Shown here one piece after another: positions 10,945-20,989 of a stretch of 64,000 nucleotides of DNA (positions are counted from its first letter, which is position 1; each line of letters starts with the position of its first letter). The stretch is taken from NCBI GenBank assembly GCA_963849405.1, contig CAWKHG010000006.1:490350-554349 (forward strand), given 5' to 3'. Source of the stretch: an uncultured Chloroflexia bacterium. GTDB lineage: Bacteria > Chloroflexota > Limnocylindria > Limnocylindrales > CSP1-4. A program made the position numbers and the translations under genes. A model generated the notes under the pieces. That model ran no database searches. It had not been told where the DNA came from and saw nothing but the letters and a program-made list of their open reading frames with translations.

Positions 10945-11985
10945 TCACTCTTCGACCACGCCGAGCCTCGCCCGGACCGCGTCCACCGAGACGGGTTCGT
11001 CGTAGCGCCACTCGATGAGCCGGATGCCGGCCCGCAGGCAGGCGTCACGCTTGCGCTCGTCGAGCTCGCGGCGGTCGGCCAGCCCTGCCTCGCCGCCCCA
11101 GTGCTCGAGGGCAAGGTAGTGCTGCTCGCCCTGGTACTCGATGGCGACCTCGAGCGACGGGATGAGGATGTCGAGGGACTGGCGTGACCCGAGCCACGGC
11201 GGACGGGCCTGGCGAACGATCTCGACGTCGGGCAGGGCCGCCTCGACGCAGCGCACGAGGTGGACCTCGCTGACCAGTCCCTCGCCGCGCGCCGGGAGTC
11301 CGAGCTCGGCCCGGTAGCGAGCCTCCATCTCGACGAAGAACTCGGCCTGGTCGCCCTCGTCGAACCACTCCCCGGCGTCCGGGTGTGGAGCGACCTGCCC
11401 GCCGGGCATCGTGGTCGCGTCGTCCTGCCACCAGCCGGCCGGCGGTTCGGAGCCGAACCGCGCCACGAATTGTTCGTGCCACCAGGCCTGGCCGTCGCGC
11501 TCGACGATCGAGGCGATCCCGTCGCGGTGACGTGCGAAGAAGCTCGCACCGTCTGGTCGGGGTCCGCCCCGGGCCGCTTCACGGCGGGCGAGGTCGGCCG
11601 CGGGCGGACTCAGCTCGGATCCGGTCGCTTCCTGCGCGCGGCGCAGGCTTGCGGCCAGTGGGTCGAGCGCGGCGCGCCGGGCGTTCGGCGACGCCTCCTC
11701 CTCGTCCAGGCGCTCTTCGATGGCGGCGTGGGCCACGACGGCCGCAGCCACCCACCCGTCGAGTGCCGCTACCCGATCAGCGTGTGCCTCGGCGATCCAG
11801 GTCAGGTGCTCGCGGGCGCGCAGGTCCGCCACGTGGGCGTGGATCAGGTCGGCCGTCGCTCGCGGGTCCGCGGTGGCGACGAGCTGGGCGGCGAGCTCGG
11901 CCTCAGTGCGGTGGTCGCCGGCGTCGCACGCCTCGCGGATGGCCCGGTCGAGCCGATCGAAGGCCTGTCGTCGGGGATCGGCCAT
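10945..11985 (-). CDS. Hypothetical protein with a C-terminal PD-(D/E)XK/Vsr-DUF559-like endonuclease domain
   Basis: SE..L......LP....RQARPPWL...LDILIPSLEVAIEYQGEQHY...DERKRDAC...GIRLIEWRYDE. Confidence 0.65.
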   Translation of the reverse strand: MADPRRQAFDRLDRAIREACDAGDHRTEAELAAQLVATADPRATADLIHAHVADLRAREHLTWIAEAHADRVAALDGWVAAAVVAHAAIEERLDEEEASPNARRAALDPLAASLRRAQEATGSELSPPAADLARREAARGGPRPDGASFFARHRDGIASIVERDGQAWWHEQFVARFGSEPPAGWWQDDATTMPGGQVAPHPDAGEWFDEGDQAEFFVEMEARYRAELGLPARGEGLVSEVHLVRCVEAALPDVEIVRQARPPWLGSRQSLDILIPSLEVAIEYQGEQHYLALEHWGGEAGLADRRELDERKRDACLRAGIRLIEWRYDEPVSVDAVRARLGVVEE

Positions 11986-12023
11986 CTACCTCGCGGGCAA
12001 CAAAACGCCCGAAGAAATCTGTT

Positions 12024-12075
12024 GATCACTAGTTGTTCCTGCACATGTAAACACACGCAAGATCACTAGATGTTC
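12024..12075. promoter_or_regulatory. Tandem 15-bp direct repeat GATCACTAG(T/A)TGTTC in an AT-rich intergenic segment; candidate operator pair
   Basis: Copies at 12024-12038 and 12061-12075, 14/15 identical. Confidence 0.55.
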
Positions 12076-12286
12076 GCTAGACCCCTCCGGGCAAAAATGA
12101 CTATAGGCCACGCGGACGGGCCGCGTCCATACCGGAATTCGCGGCCCACATCGCAACGGCGTGTCAGCCCCCTGCCGGCACGTAGACAGCCCGCAGCGGC
12201 CGATCTCATCACCGGGCCCGGTGACCTGCCACGATGAGGGCCGCCCGGGCAACCGACCACGCCGGGCACTGAGCCGAGGAGCGCAC

Positions 12287-13316
12287 GTGGATTGGCCGAC
12301 GCACACCGGGATCTTCGCGGCGGGCGACACCCCGCTGGCCTCGGGCGAGGTGCTGCGGGACGCCCGGCTGTCCTGGAAGACCCACGGCACGCTCTCGCTG
12401 GCCCGCGACAACGTCGTCGCTCTACCCCTGCAGCTACTCCGCCCAGCACACGGACCTCGAGTGGCTGATCGGGCCGGACGGCGTGCTCGACCCGGCGCGC
12501 TGGTTCATCGTCATCCCCGACATGTTCGGCAACGGCCTGTCGTCGAGCCCGTCGAACACGCCGGACTACCCGTACCTCGTGACCATCCGCGGACAACGTC
12601 CGGCTCCAGCGCCGGCTCCTCACCGAGCATTTCGGCGTCGACCGGCTGGCCGGCGTCTACGGCTGGTCGATGGGCGCGCATCCAGGCCTATCACTGGGCG
12701 GCGCTGTTCCCCGACGCGGTCGAGCGGGCGATCGTGGTATGCGGCGGCGCCCGGACCGCCGATGCACAACCGGTCTTCCTCGCCGGCCTGATGGCGACGC
12801 TGGAGGCCGCGCCGGAGCACCTCGGCGGCGGCCGGTTCTCGGCCGAGCCGGCGGCGGCCAAGCGGGCGTTCGGGCGCATCTACGCGGGCTGGGCGCTGAG
12901 CCAGGACTTCTACCGGGCGGGGCTGCACCTGCACCGGCCGCCGCAACTGGGCGCGCCGGACCTCGACACGTTCATCCGGACGCGACTGGGAGGAGGCGTT
13001 CGAGCGCCGTCGGCCGCCAACCTCTACGCCCAGCTGCGCGACCTGGGAGACGGCCGACATCAGCGCCAACGCCCTCTATCGGCGGCGACCTGGAGCCGGG
13101 CACTGCGGCGCGATCCGCGCGCGCGTGCTGCTGATGCCCGGCGCGACCGACCTCTACTTCCGGGTCGCCGACAACGAGGCCGAGCTGCCCCACCTGCGCC
13201 ACGCCGAGCTGCGGCCGATCCCGAGCATCTGGGGCCACCGGGCCGGCAACCCGAAGGAGAACCCCGAGGACATCGCGTTCCTCCGGACGGTAGTCCGCAG
13301 GTGGATGGACCGCTAG
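12287..13316 (+). CDS. Homoserine O-acetyltransferase-like alpha/beta hydrolase (multiple frameshifts)
   Basis: LASGEVLRDARLSWKTHGTL, DMFGNGLSSSPSN, YGWSMGA, MPGATDLYF, SIWGHRAG. Confidence 0.8.
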
Positions 13317-13397
13317 GCGTCCGACCAGGCGCGAGCGTCCGGCCCTTCCCGGCCAAGTCTGAGAACATCGGGCCATGACGTCCCCTCGGCGGTCCCG

Positions 13398-14297
13398 ATG
13401 ACGCGGCGCGGCCTGATCCTGTTCGGGCTCATGTCGGTCATCTGGGGCATCCCGTACCTGTTCATCCGCATCGCTGTCGACGAGATCTCGCCGGCCACGC
13501 TCGTCTTCGTGCGCACGCTGATCGGGGCGGCGATCCTCCTGCCGATCGCGCTCCTGCGGGTCGACCTCCGGCCGGTGCTCCGGCGCTGGCGCTGGCTCGT
13601 GGCGTTCGCCGCGGTCGAGATCGCCCTGCCGTGGTTCTTTCTGGCGTCCGCCGAGCAGCACATCTCGAGCTCGCTGGCCGGCCTCCTGATCGCCGGGGTC
13701 CCACTCGTCGGCACGGCAATCGCGCTCGCGACCGGGGGCGCCGATCGCCTGGGTCGGACCGCCGTGTTCGGGCTGCTCCTCGGGCTGGTCGGGGTGGTCG
13801 CGATCGTGGGCGTCGACTTCCAGGCCTCGGATGCGACGGCGTTCGTGCAGATCCTGCTCGTCGTGATCGGCTACGCCGTGGGCCCGGCCATCCTGGCGCG
13901 CCGGCTGGCCGACCTTCCCTCGATCGGGGTCATGGCCCTGTCACTGACGATGTCGGCCGTGGTCTATGCGCCGATCGCCATCGTCCAGTGGCCCACCGTC
14001 GTCCCCTCCCCCAATGCCCTCTTCGCGGTCGCGATCCTCGCGATCGTCTGCACGGCGCTGGCGTTCCAGCTCTTTGCCGCCCTGATCGCGGAGGTCGGTC
14101 CGGTCCGCGCGACGGTCATCACCTACATCAACCCGGCCGTGGCCGCGGTCCTCGGCGTGCTCGTGCTGCACGAGACGCTGACGGTGGCGATGGGCGTCGG
14201 GTTCGTGCTGGTGATCCTGGGGTCGGCGTTCGCGACGCGCCGGTCGCGCGGCGACGCCCCGGCGGCGGCTCCGGAGCCGAGCCTGACCGCGGGTTGA
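13398..14297 (+). CDS. EamA/DMT family transporter
   Basis: IWGIPYLFIRIAV, about 10 TM segments, ITYINPAVAAVLG. Confidence 0.9.
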   Translation: MTRRGLILFGLMSVIWGIPYLFIRIAVDEISPATLVFVRTLIGAAILLPIALLRVDLRPVLRRWRWLVAFAAVEIALPWFFLASAEQHISSSLAGLLIAGVPLVGTAIALATGGADRLGRTAVFGLLLGLVGVVAIVGVDFQASDATAFVQILLVVIGYAVGPAILARRLADLPSIGVMALSLTMSAVVYAPIAIVQWPTVVPSPNALFAVAILAIVCTALAFQLFAALIAEVGPVRATVITYINPAVAAVLGVLVLHETLTVAMGVGFVLVILGSAFATRRSRGDAPAAAPEPSLTAG

Positions 14298-14320
14298 GCG
14301 CTGCCGCGGCACGATCTCGT

Positions 14321-14541
14321 TCAGTGCGTTCGCCGTCCGTGGTGTCGCCGCGATTGGCCCAGGTGCCAAAGGTCGCAGAAGGCGCAGTGGTAGGGCGAGA
14401 CCTGGCCGTCCGCGTGGCGGCCATGGCGAGCGAGCGATCGTGCCTCGGCGCGCGACACGTAGGCGGCCTTCGACCCGCAGCCACGCTCGCGAAGCGGGAA
14501 ATCGCGATCGATGAGGAGCCGGTACGCACCTTGAGTGGCAC
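14321..14541 (-). CDS. Small putative zinc-finger protein (C..K.Y...A...Y.CxxC..WHL); start uncertain, possible indel near the start
   Basis: RGCGSKAAYVSRAEAR...PYHCAFCDLWHLG in ORF 14321..14596; a GTG at 14541 follows CATCGT-N6. Confidence 0.55.
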
Positions 14542-14586
14542 GAGTGGACGATGATCGCGTGAAACGGGTCAAGGACGGAGGGCAGC

Positions 14587-15258
14587 GTGACGACACCGGG
14601 CTACCAGTCGGGACAGGCCCTGGTCCTGCTGTGGGCCGGCGTGCTCGCGCCGGTGCTGTTCACCGGTGTCTACCTCGTGGCTGGAGCGACTCGGGCCGGG
14701 TACGACCCGCTCCGACACCAGGTGAGCCTGCTCAGCCTCGGCGACGGTGGCTGGGTCATGGTCGCGAACTTCCTGGCCACCGGGACGCTCCTCACCATGT
14801 TCGCCGTCGCGCTGCGAACGCGCCTCCGTGACGGCCCGGGCTCCCTTGCCGGACCGGTGGCGCTCGGGTTCGTGGGACTCGGGCTCATCCTCGCCGGGCT
14901 CTTCAGCACGCAGCCGCTCTTCGGCTATCCCCCAGGCACGCCCGAAGGGATGGCGACCGACGTCTCGCCGACGTCGGTGCTGCACGTCCTCGGCGCGTTC
15001 CTGCTCGTGTTCGGTCTCATCGCCGCGACGTTCGTCCTGGCCCGCCGCTTCCGGCGCGAGGGACGAGCTGGCTGGGCAATCGGTTCGGCCATCGTGGGCC
15101 TGGTCGTATTCGTGTTCTTCGGTGCATCCGGAGGCGGCCCGTCCGGCCAGCTGATGTTCCCGGCGATCAGTGGACTCCTGCAGCGGATCTCGTTGATCGC
15201 CGGGCTGGGTTGGGTGGCGGCCATCGCCCTGTCCGAGATCCGGTCTTCGAGGACGTGA
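14587..15258 (+). CDS. DUF998-like membrane protein
   Basis: YDPLRHQVSLLSLG..GW, conserved His, GLLQRI; several TM helices. Confidence 0.8.
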   Translation: MTTPGYQSGQALVLLWAGVLAPVLFTGVYLVAGATRAGYDPLRHQVSLLSLGDGGWVMVANFLATGTLLTMFAVALRTRLRDGPGSLAGPVALGFVGLGLILAGLFSTQPLFGYPPGTPEGMATDVSPTSVLHVLGAFLLVFGLIAATFVLARRFRREGRAGWAIGSAIVGLVVFVFFGASGGGPSGQLMFPAISGLLQRISLIAGLGWVAAIALSEIRSSRT

Positions 15259-15261
15259 GGG

Positions 15262-15876
15262 ATGGCTGACCGCGTTCATGGGCGGCCACCCCCGCCAACG
15301 ACCTCGACGTTCGACGTCGCCTCCTGGGGCGACACGTCGTTCTCCGGGACACGTCATGAGGCCGTGCTCTTCGTCGGCACCGATCTCACCGATGTCGACG
15401 AGCGGGGAGCCTCGTTCACCAACTGCACGTTCCGAGATGTCCGGTTCAATGCCTCGACGCATACGGACGCCTCGTTCACCAACTGCACGTTCGTCATGTG
15501 CCGGTTCTTCGAGACCCGGTTCGTCCGGTGCAAGCTCGTCGGCAGCATGTTCGACCAATGCACGTACTCGCTTCTGATCGTCGAGGGCGGCGACTGGTCG
15601 CTCGTCGGCATGCCGGGAGCCGACCTGCGCAAGGCGTCGTTCACAGGCGTGAAGCTGCGCGAGGCGGATCTCACCGGGACCCGATTCGACAAGGCGACGA
15701 TCCGCGACGCCGACCTTTCGGGCGCCCTGCTCCACAAGGCGTCGTTCCATGGAGCCGACCTGCGGGGCAGCGACCTGTCCGCTGTGGATCCACTCAACGT
15801 GGATGTCCGTGACGCCCGGATCGACTACGACCAGGCAACGGTGATCGCTGAGTCGCTGGGACTCAAGGTCGGATAG
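15262..15876 (+). CDS. Pentapeptide repeat protein (MfpA/Qnr-like)
   Basis: Repeats ASFTN/CTFRD/ADLRK/ASFTG/ADLTG/ADLSG/ADLRG; C-terminal AESLGLKV. Confidence 0.88.
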   Translation: MADRVHGRPPPPTTSTFDVASWGDTSFSGTRHEAVLFVGTDLTDVDERGASFTNCTFRDVRFNASTHTDASFTNCTFVMCRFFETRFVRCKLVGSMFDQCTYSLLIVEGGDWSLVGMPGADLRKASFTGVKLREADLTGTRFDKATIRDADLSGALLHKASFHGADLRGSDLSAVDPLNVDVRDARIDYDQATVIAESLGLKVG

Positions 15877-15916
15877 CGTGCTCGTGTCGGATCACAGGGG
15901 CCGGTAGACTCGGGGC

Positions 15917-16735
15917 ATGTCCACGATCCGCATCGCGGTCGCATCGACGCCATTGACCGCGACGCTCGACGAAGCGGTACCGGCGGCCATCGCGGCCGTC
16001 GACGAGGCTGGCCGGCTCGGAGCGGAGATCGTCTGCCTGCCCGAGACCGGCCTGCCCGGCCACCGCGTCCAGGCGCGGTCCGTCCCGGACGTCTCGAGGG
16101 CCGAACTCGACGATGCCCTCGCGGAGGTCGCCCTCGCGGCGCGCGCGCGCCAGGGTCGTCACGATCGTCGGCACCGAACGGCCCGATGCCGGGTGGCCGC
16201 GAGATCGTCTCGGTCGTCATCGGCGCCGACGGGACGACGCTCGGCGAGCAGGTCAAGACCCAGATCGATCCCACCGAGGAGGCCGACTACGTGCCGGGAA
16301 CCGGCCGCCGGGTCTTCACGGCCGCGGGCGCGACGTTCGGCATCGCGATCTGCCACGAGGCGTTCCGCTACCCGGAGATCGCCCGCTCGCTCGTCCTCGC
16401 AGGGGCGCAGATCGTGTTCGTGCCCCACTTCGTGACGACCGATGACGGCTCCCTGCCCGCTCGCTGGTGCGACGCCCCGAACCCGTACAACGAGAAGGCG
16501 ATCCTGTGCCGGGCGCTCGAGAACACGGTCTACGTCGCCGCGTCCAACGTGGCCGGCCCGGACCAGGGCTCCCTCACCTGCATCATCGCCCCGGACGGGC
16601 GGCTGGTCGCGAGCCTGCCCTACGGGACGGTCGGCGTCGTCGGCGGCCGACATCGACCTCGACGCGGCCGACCGCCGGCTCGCCCTCCGCTGGGCACCCG
16701 AGCGCAACGCCCAGCCGGTCGGAGAGATGGCCTAG
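15917..16735 (+). CDS. Carbon-nitrogen hydrolase (nitrilase family), frameshifted
   Basis: IVCLPE, VKTQ, FGIAICHE (E-K-C triad), RALENTVYVA. Confidence 0.85.
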
Positions 16736-17121
16736 GTTCGGCGAGGCCCGGCCGGGCGACGCTCGGCGGCGGCGTTCTCGGCCACCCGGATCCGGACGAT
16801 CCTCGTCACGAGCTCGGCCGGGATGGGCTGACCGGCCGGGAACCGGATCGTCCCCTTCCCCGCCAGGAACGGCGAGATCTCGTCCCCGAGGGCCTCCACG
16901 ACGGCCCCGCTGGCCGGGAACAGGCTGTAGTGGCGCTTGTACGCGTCGTAGGACACGAGGAACTGGTCGCCGTGGCTCCGGAACGCGGGCATGTTGTAGG
17001 CCAGGGACTCGGTCGCCTCGGGTGCGCCGGCCCGGATCGCCTTCCGCAGCACCTCCATGTCGGCGCGCCGCTCGTCCGGGAGCGTGGCCAGGTACTCGTC
17101 GACGGTGCTCGGTTGGGCCAT
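16732..17121 (-). CDS. DUF1801/YdhG-like protein
   Basis: TVDEYLATLP, ESLAYNMPAF, KGTIRFP...IPAELVTRIV. Confidence 0.85.
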   Translation of the reverse strand: MAQPSTVDEYLATLPDERRADMEVLRKAIRAGAPEATESLAYNMPAFRSHGDQFLVSYDAYKRHYSLFPASGAVVEALGDEISPFLAGKGTIRFPAGQPIPAELVTRIVRIRVAENAAAERRPAGPRRT

Positions 17122-17150
17122 GGCTGTCTCGGGCCGCCCTCAGCGGGCGA

Positions 17151-19182
17151 TCAGCCGACCCGGTCCTGTCCGGCCGGGACCGATGTGGCGGCCGGCGTCT
17201 CTTCCTCGGGGCCCTGGGCGAGCCGCAGCTCGGCGATGGACGTCGCCGGAGGTAGCGGCGCATCGTCAGGCGGTCCTTCGTCGCGAGGTCCCAGTGGCAG
17301 CGGCAGAGGCCCCGCGGGCATCCGGCGTGGGGCAGGCGCGGCGAGCGGAGCTCCGTGCTGATCCTGGCGACGAGGCGATCGTCGCCCCGGCAGATGTCGC
17401 AGCAACGAGCGCTCACGAGCTCGGCATCCCTGGCGATCGCCGCGACCCCGCGCAGCTCGGCCGCCACGCCGTCCCGGAAGATCGCGATGACCTCATCCGG
17501 TGGCTGGGCCGGCGAACCGGCGAACCGGTACAGGACGGCGGCCTCGTCGCGCCGCAGTCGGGACGCTTCGTCCCAGTCGCCCTCGTTGCGCGCCGTCCGG
17601 AACGCCCGATCGACGGTGTTCAGGTACAGCTTGCGCGCCGCGCTCACGACCTCCGCGGAGAGTCGCGCGACGGCGAGCTGCGCCATGCGTTCGGCCGGCG
17701 CGCCGGCGGCGGCGGCGTGCTGGAGCCAGCGATCCCGATCACGGGCCCAGCGAACCGAGGCCATGACCCGTCGGCGCTCGGCCTCGAAGACGAGCACGGC
17801 GGCTTCGGTCAGGTAGACCGCGGTCCCGTCGATGCGCTTCACGACGATCCGCTGGCGGCAGCGATCGCAGCGGCGGCTCGCGGTCGGCGCGGGATCCAGG
17901 AGCTTGGCGCAGTACGGGCAGTAGGCCGTAGGGGCGGCCGCCGGAACGGAGCGGGTCTTCCCCGCGGACCGCTTGCTTGCGGCGGATCCCGGCTTCGCCG
18001 CCGGTCGGGCCTTCGCCGCCGGTCGTGCCTTCGCCGCGGGCGGAGGCGGCGACACCCGGGCACTCGCCGGCTCGACGCGAGCCTCTGGTGCGGGCGGAAG
18101 CGCCGGTGCCACCCGGGCCGTGGTCGGCTCGACCCGGGCCTCGGTCGGCTCGGGCTTCGGCGCCGGTCGCGTCTTCGGGGCGGTAGCCCGCCTGGGGCGT
18201 TCGGTCGGGGCCGGACGTGGGGCCGTGGCTCGCCGTTCGGCCGAGGCGGACCCCGTTCGCTGTCGGGTCTCGCGTGCAGGCGCAGCCGGCGACGTGGCAG
18301 CGGAGCTCTCGGCCTGGGCCCTGGTGACGACGGGGCGGGTGCGCGGCACACGGCCCGGCGTCGCGGCCACGGTCGAAGTGGAGCGCTCCACCACGCGCCG
18401 GATCGCGGCATCGCGGACCGGCTTCGTGCGCACAAGCGATGCCAACTCTTCGTCGACCCGTTCCTCGTGGGGCTCCTGCTTGGCGAACACGTGCGCTGCC
18501 GGTGGCAGGCCCGGGGCCGCCGGGACTGCGCGCACGAGCACGGGGACCGGTTCAGGCGCAACTTCGGGCAGGCGCCAGGTGTCGTCGCCGACAGCGTCGC
18601 CGGCTCGAGCCATCACGCCGATCGGCTTGGCGGGTCCGGCCTCGTCCGGCTCGGCCATGACCGGGGTGAGCTTCGGCTCGCCATCGCCGGCGCTTGCGAG
18701 GCCGATCGGCTTCGCCGGGACGATGATGTGCTCGGCGACGACCGTCTCGGCTGCAACGACCACGATAGGGTCGGCTGGCGTCGGCGGCTCGGGAGCGGCC
18801 GGGACCTCGGCCGGCGGGGTCGCCGCGATGATCGTGGGCGGCGGAGAGTCGCCGAGATGATCGTGGGCGGGGTGGCTCCGATGATCGTCGGCTGGACCGG
18901 TCCGGTCTTCGGCAACACCGAGACGATGTCGGACACGCCGACCACGACGATGGGCGGCCGCGGACCGCCCGGCCATGGCCCCGGACCGACCACGATCGTG
19001 GAGGGATCGGGCGCGCCATCGGCGTCCTTCGCCTTGTCCCGGGCAGCCTTGTCCTTGGCCGCTGGGTCGCCATCCGATGGGAAGAGATCGCCGAGCCGGG
19101 CGGCAGTCCGCATCTGGGCGATCGCCCACTCGGCGTCGTCGATCTTTGGCTTTCCCCGCATGAATCCGCGCATCTTCGGCAT
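17151..19182 (-). CDS. Hypothetical protein: long Pro/Ala-rich disordered N-terminus plus C-terminal Cys-rich (zinc-ribbon/helical/CC-x2-C...H-x2-C...CxC) domain; frameshifts near 18855 and 17240
   Basis: Starts MPKMRGFMRGKPK after a GAGAG RBS; CPYCAKLLDPAPTASRRCDRCRQRIVV...ARCCDICRGDD...LPHAGCPRGLCRCHW. Confidence 0.7.
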
Positions 19183-19350
19183 GCTGTTCTCTCGTCGTGC
19201 CCTTTGGCGAGCCACAGTCCGCTCTGAATCCTTGGACGGGCAGATTACTCCCTACCTACCCAAACTCGTCCAGACCTCAACAGTTCCGTTGCATCTTGGC
19301 ACCGGGACCGGGCGAGGACAACGGGTTTGCACGCCCGGTGGTCGACTCCT

Positions 19351-19983
19351 TTAGAGGACGCCCCGCCCACGGGCCATCATCGCCGGCTGGAGCTCCGTGG
19401 CCGCGACGATGTGGCGACGGTTCAGGACCGCGAAACCGTATCGGGAGATCACGCGCCGGTCGGCGAGCGAGCGGGTGCGCACGTCGGTCATGGGGACCCA
19501 CATCGGATCGCGCGATTCGATGAACACGGAGAGCACCGCTTCGGGATTCAGGTGGACGGCCCCGGTCAGGGTGTGACCAGGCGTCACGACGATCAGATGG
19601 GAGGCCTGCTTCTGGCGGTACTCCATCCCGATCGAGTCCTTCTCGGCGACGTTGCTCATCTCGCAGATGAGCGTCACCTCGTCGGGGTTCACCCAGATGC
19701 TCGGCGACGTGACCTTGGTCGGGTCGCCGTTCCGCCGCAGGACGGTCACGTCTCGCAGCTTGATGAGTCCCTCGTGGTTGTTCACGAAGTCGGACAGCCG
19801 GCTGTGGTAGCCGAGGCTGACGGTCCCCGACAGCCGGAGGTGCTGGCCGACGAGCTCCAGGGGTACGCCCTCGGCGCGCTCAGCGGGCTGAGGGAGCGGG
19901 ACGGCGACGAGCCCGAGCGCTTCGAGGTGTGTCGCGGCATCGCCGTCGACGATCTCGTTCTCGGGGAGTTGCTCCTCGATCAT
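19351..19983 (-). CDS. Protein with two tandem DUF6812-like beta domains
   Basis: LRLSGTVSLGYHSRLSDFVN...LRDVTV...IWVNPDEV and HTLTGAVHL....LSVFIE...VPMTDVR...AVLNRRHIV; RBS GGAG. Confidence 0.7.
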   Translation of the reverse strand: MIEEQLPENEIVDGDAATHLEALGLVAVPLPQPAERAEGVPLELVGQHLRLSGTVSLGYHSRLSDFVNNHEGLIKLRDVTVLRRNGDPTKVTSPSIWVNPDEVTLICEMSNVAEKDSIGMEYRQKQASHLIVVTPGHTLTGAVHLNPEAVLSVFIESRDPMWVPMTDVRTRSLADRRVISRYGFAVLNRRHIVAATELQPAMMARGRGVL

Positions 19984-20104
19984 GGTCTGGCTCCGTGGTG
20001 AGTGCGTGAGCAAGGCCGGGAGGTGTCCAACGGCCCGGAACGTGGGATCCGGACACCGCGCCTCCGGATTGTAGCCGGACTCGTCATCCGGCCCGGAACG
20101 TCCT

Positions 20105-20989
20105 TCAGGGCTCCTCGAGGTCGTCCGATAGCTCCTCGGCCGAAGGGGCAGCGGGATCGACCGCGGCCGCGGTCACGGTCCCGGATGGTCGGCGACGACG
20201 ACGCTTTGGCAAGGCCTGGACGGCGGGCCACCAGTCGCAGGCGCACAGGCCGCGCGGGCAACCCTCGTGCGGCAGGCGCGGGGTGCGCAGCTCGTCGACG
20301 ATCTTGAACACCTTCTCGTTGTCGGCACGGCACGCCGTACAGCACGCCGCCCCGACGAGCTCCACGTTGCGGGCGACGGCCGATACCTCCCGGAGCGTCG
20401 CCGCGAGCGCGTCGCGGTGGAGCGCCACGACCTCGTCCGATGGCGGCGGGCTGCTGCCGGCCTCCTCGTAGAGCGCGGCGGCCTGCTGCCGGCGGAGGCG
20501 CGCTACGACGTCCCAGTGCTTGTCGCGACGGGCTTCCCGGACGGCCCGTTCCACCGCCACCAGGTACAGGGTCCGGGCCGCCTGGACGCTGGCCGCGGAG
20601 AGCTGCGCGTCGGCGATCCGCTGGCGACGGTCCGGTGCGGCGCCGACCAACCGTCCGAGGGCGAGCCAGTCGCGACGCTGGCGCGTCCACGTCTGCTCGA
20701 GGGCGGTCCGGAACCGCTCGGCCTCGAAGACCTCGACCGCGGATTCGGTGAGGTAGAGCGTCCGCCCCTCGAATCGGCGGACGACGATCCGGCGCCGGCA
20801 GCGCGGGCACAGGCGGGTGCTCGTGGGCGGTGGATCGAGCACGACCCCGCAGTTCGGGCACGCGACGACGGCCGGCGCCACGGGTGCGGGCGCCGGCGCC
20901 TCGACCGCGGGGGGCGGGGTCAGGAGGACCGGCGTCGCCCGTGTATCGGCGTCAGAGTCCAGGCCAAGGAGCCGGCGCAGGAACCCGAT
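20105..20989 (-). CDS. Hypothetical Cys-rich protein, paralog of the C-terminal domain of 17151..19182; probable ATC start
   Basis: GAGGTG-N5-ATC GGG TTC CTG CGC CGG (xGFLRRLLG); CPNCGVVLDPPPTSTRLCPRCRRRIVV...AACCTACRADN...LPHEGCPRGLCACDW. Confidence 0.72.
   Translation of the reverse strand: MGFLRRLLGLDSDADTRATPVLLTPPPAVEAPAPAPVAPAVVACPNCGVVLDPPPTSTRLCPRCRRRIVVRRFEGRTLYLTESAVEVFEAERFRTALEQTWTRQRRDWLALGRLVGAAPDRRQRIADAQLSAASVQAARTLYLVAVERAVREARRDKHWDVVARLRRQQAAALYEEAGSSPPPSDEVVALHRDALAATLREVSAVARNVELVGAACCTACRADNEKVFKIVDELRTPRLPHEGCPRGLCACDWWPAVQALPKRRRRRPSGTVTAAAVDPAAPSAEELSDDLEEP

Noticed and set aside
17980-18900. Short tandem DNA repeats as a CRISPR array or VNTR (also 50270-50365)
   Set aside because: They are in-frame low-complexity coding repeats (AAKARP, PTII, PPT) with no repeat-spacer periodicity and no cas genes.
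19185-19345. Possible c-di-GMP-I riboswitch upstream of the long Cys-rich gene (GCAAACC...GGTAGGTAG on the minus strand)
   Set aside because: It lacks the GNRA-capped P2 and the GCAAAG junction, so the resemblance is only partial. An Rfam cmscan would be needed.
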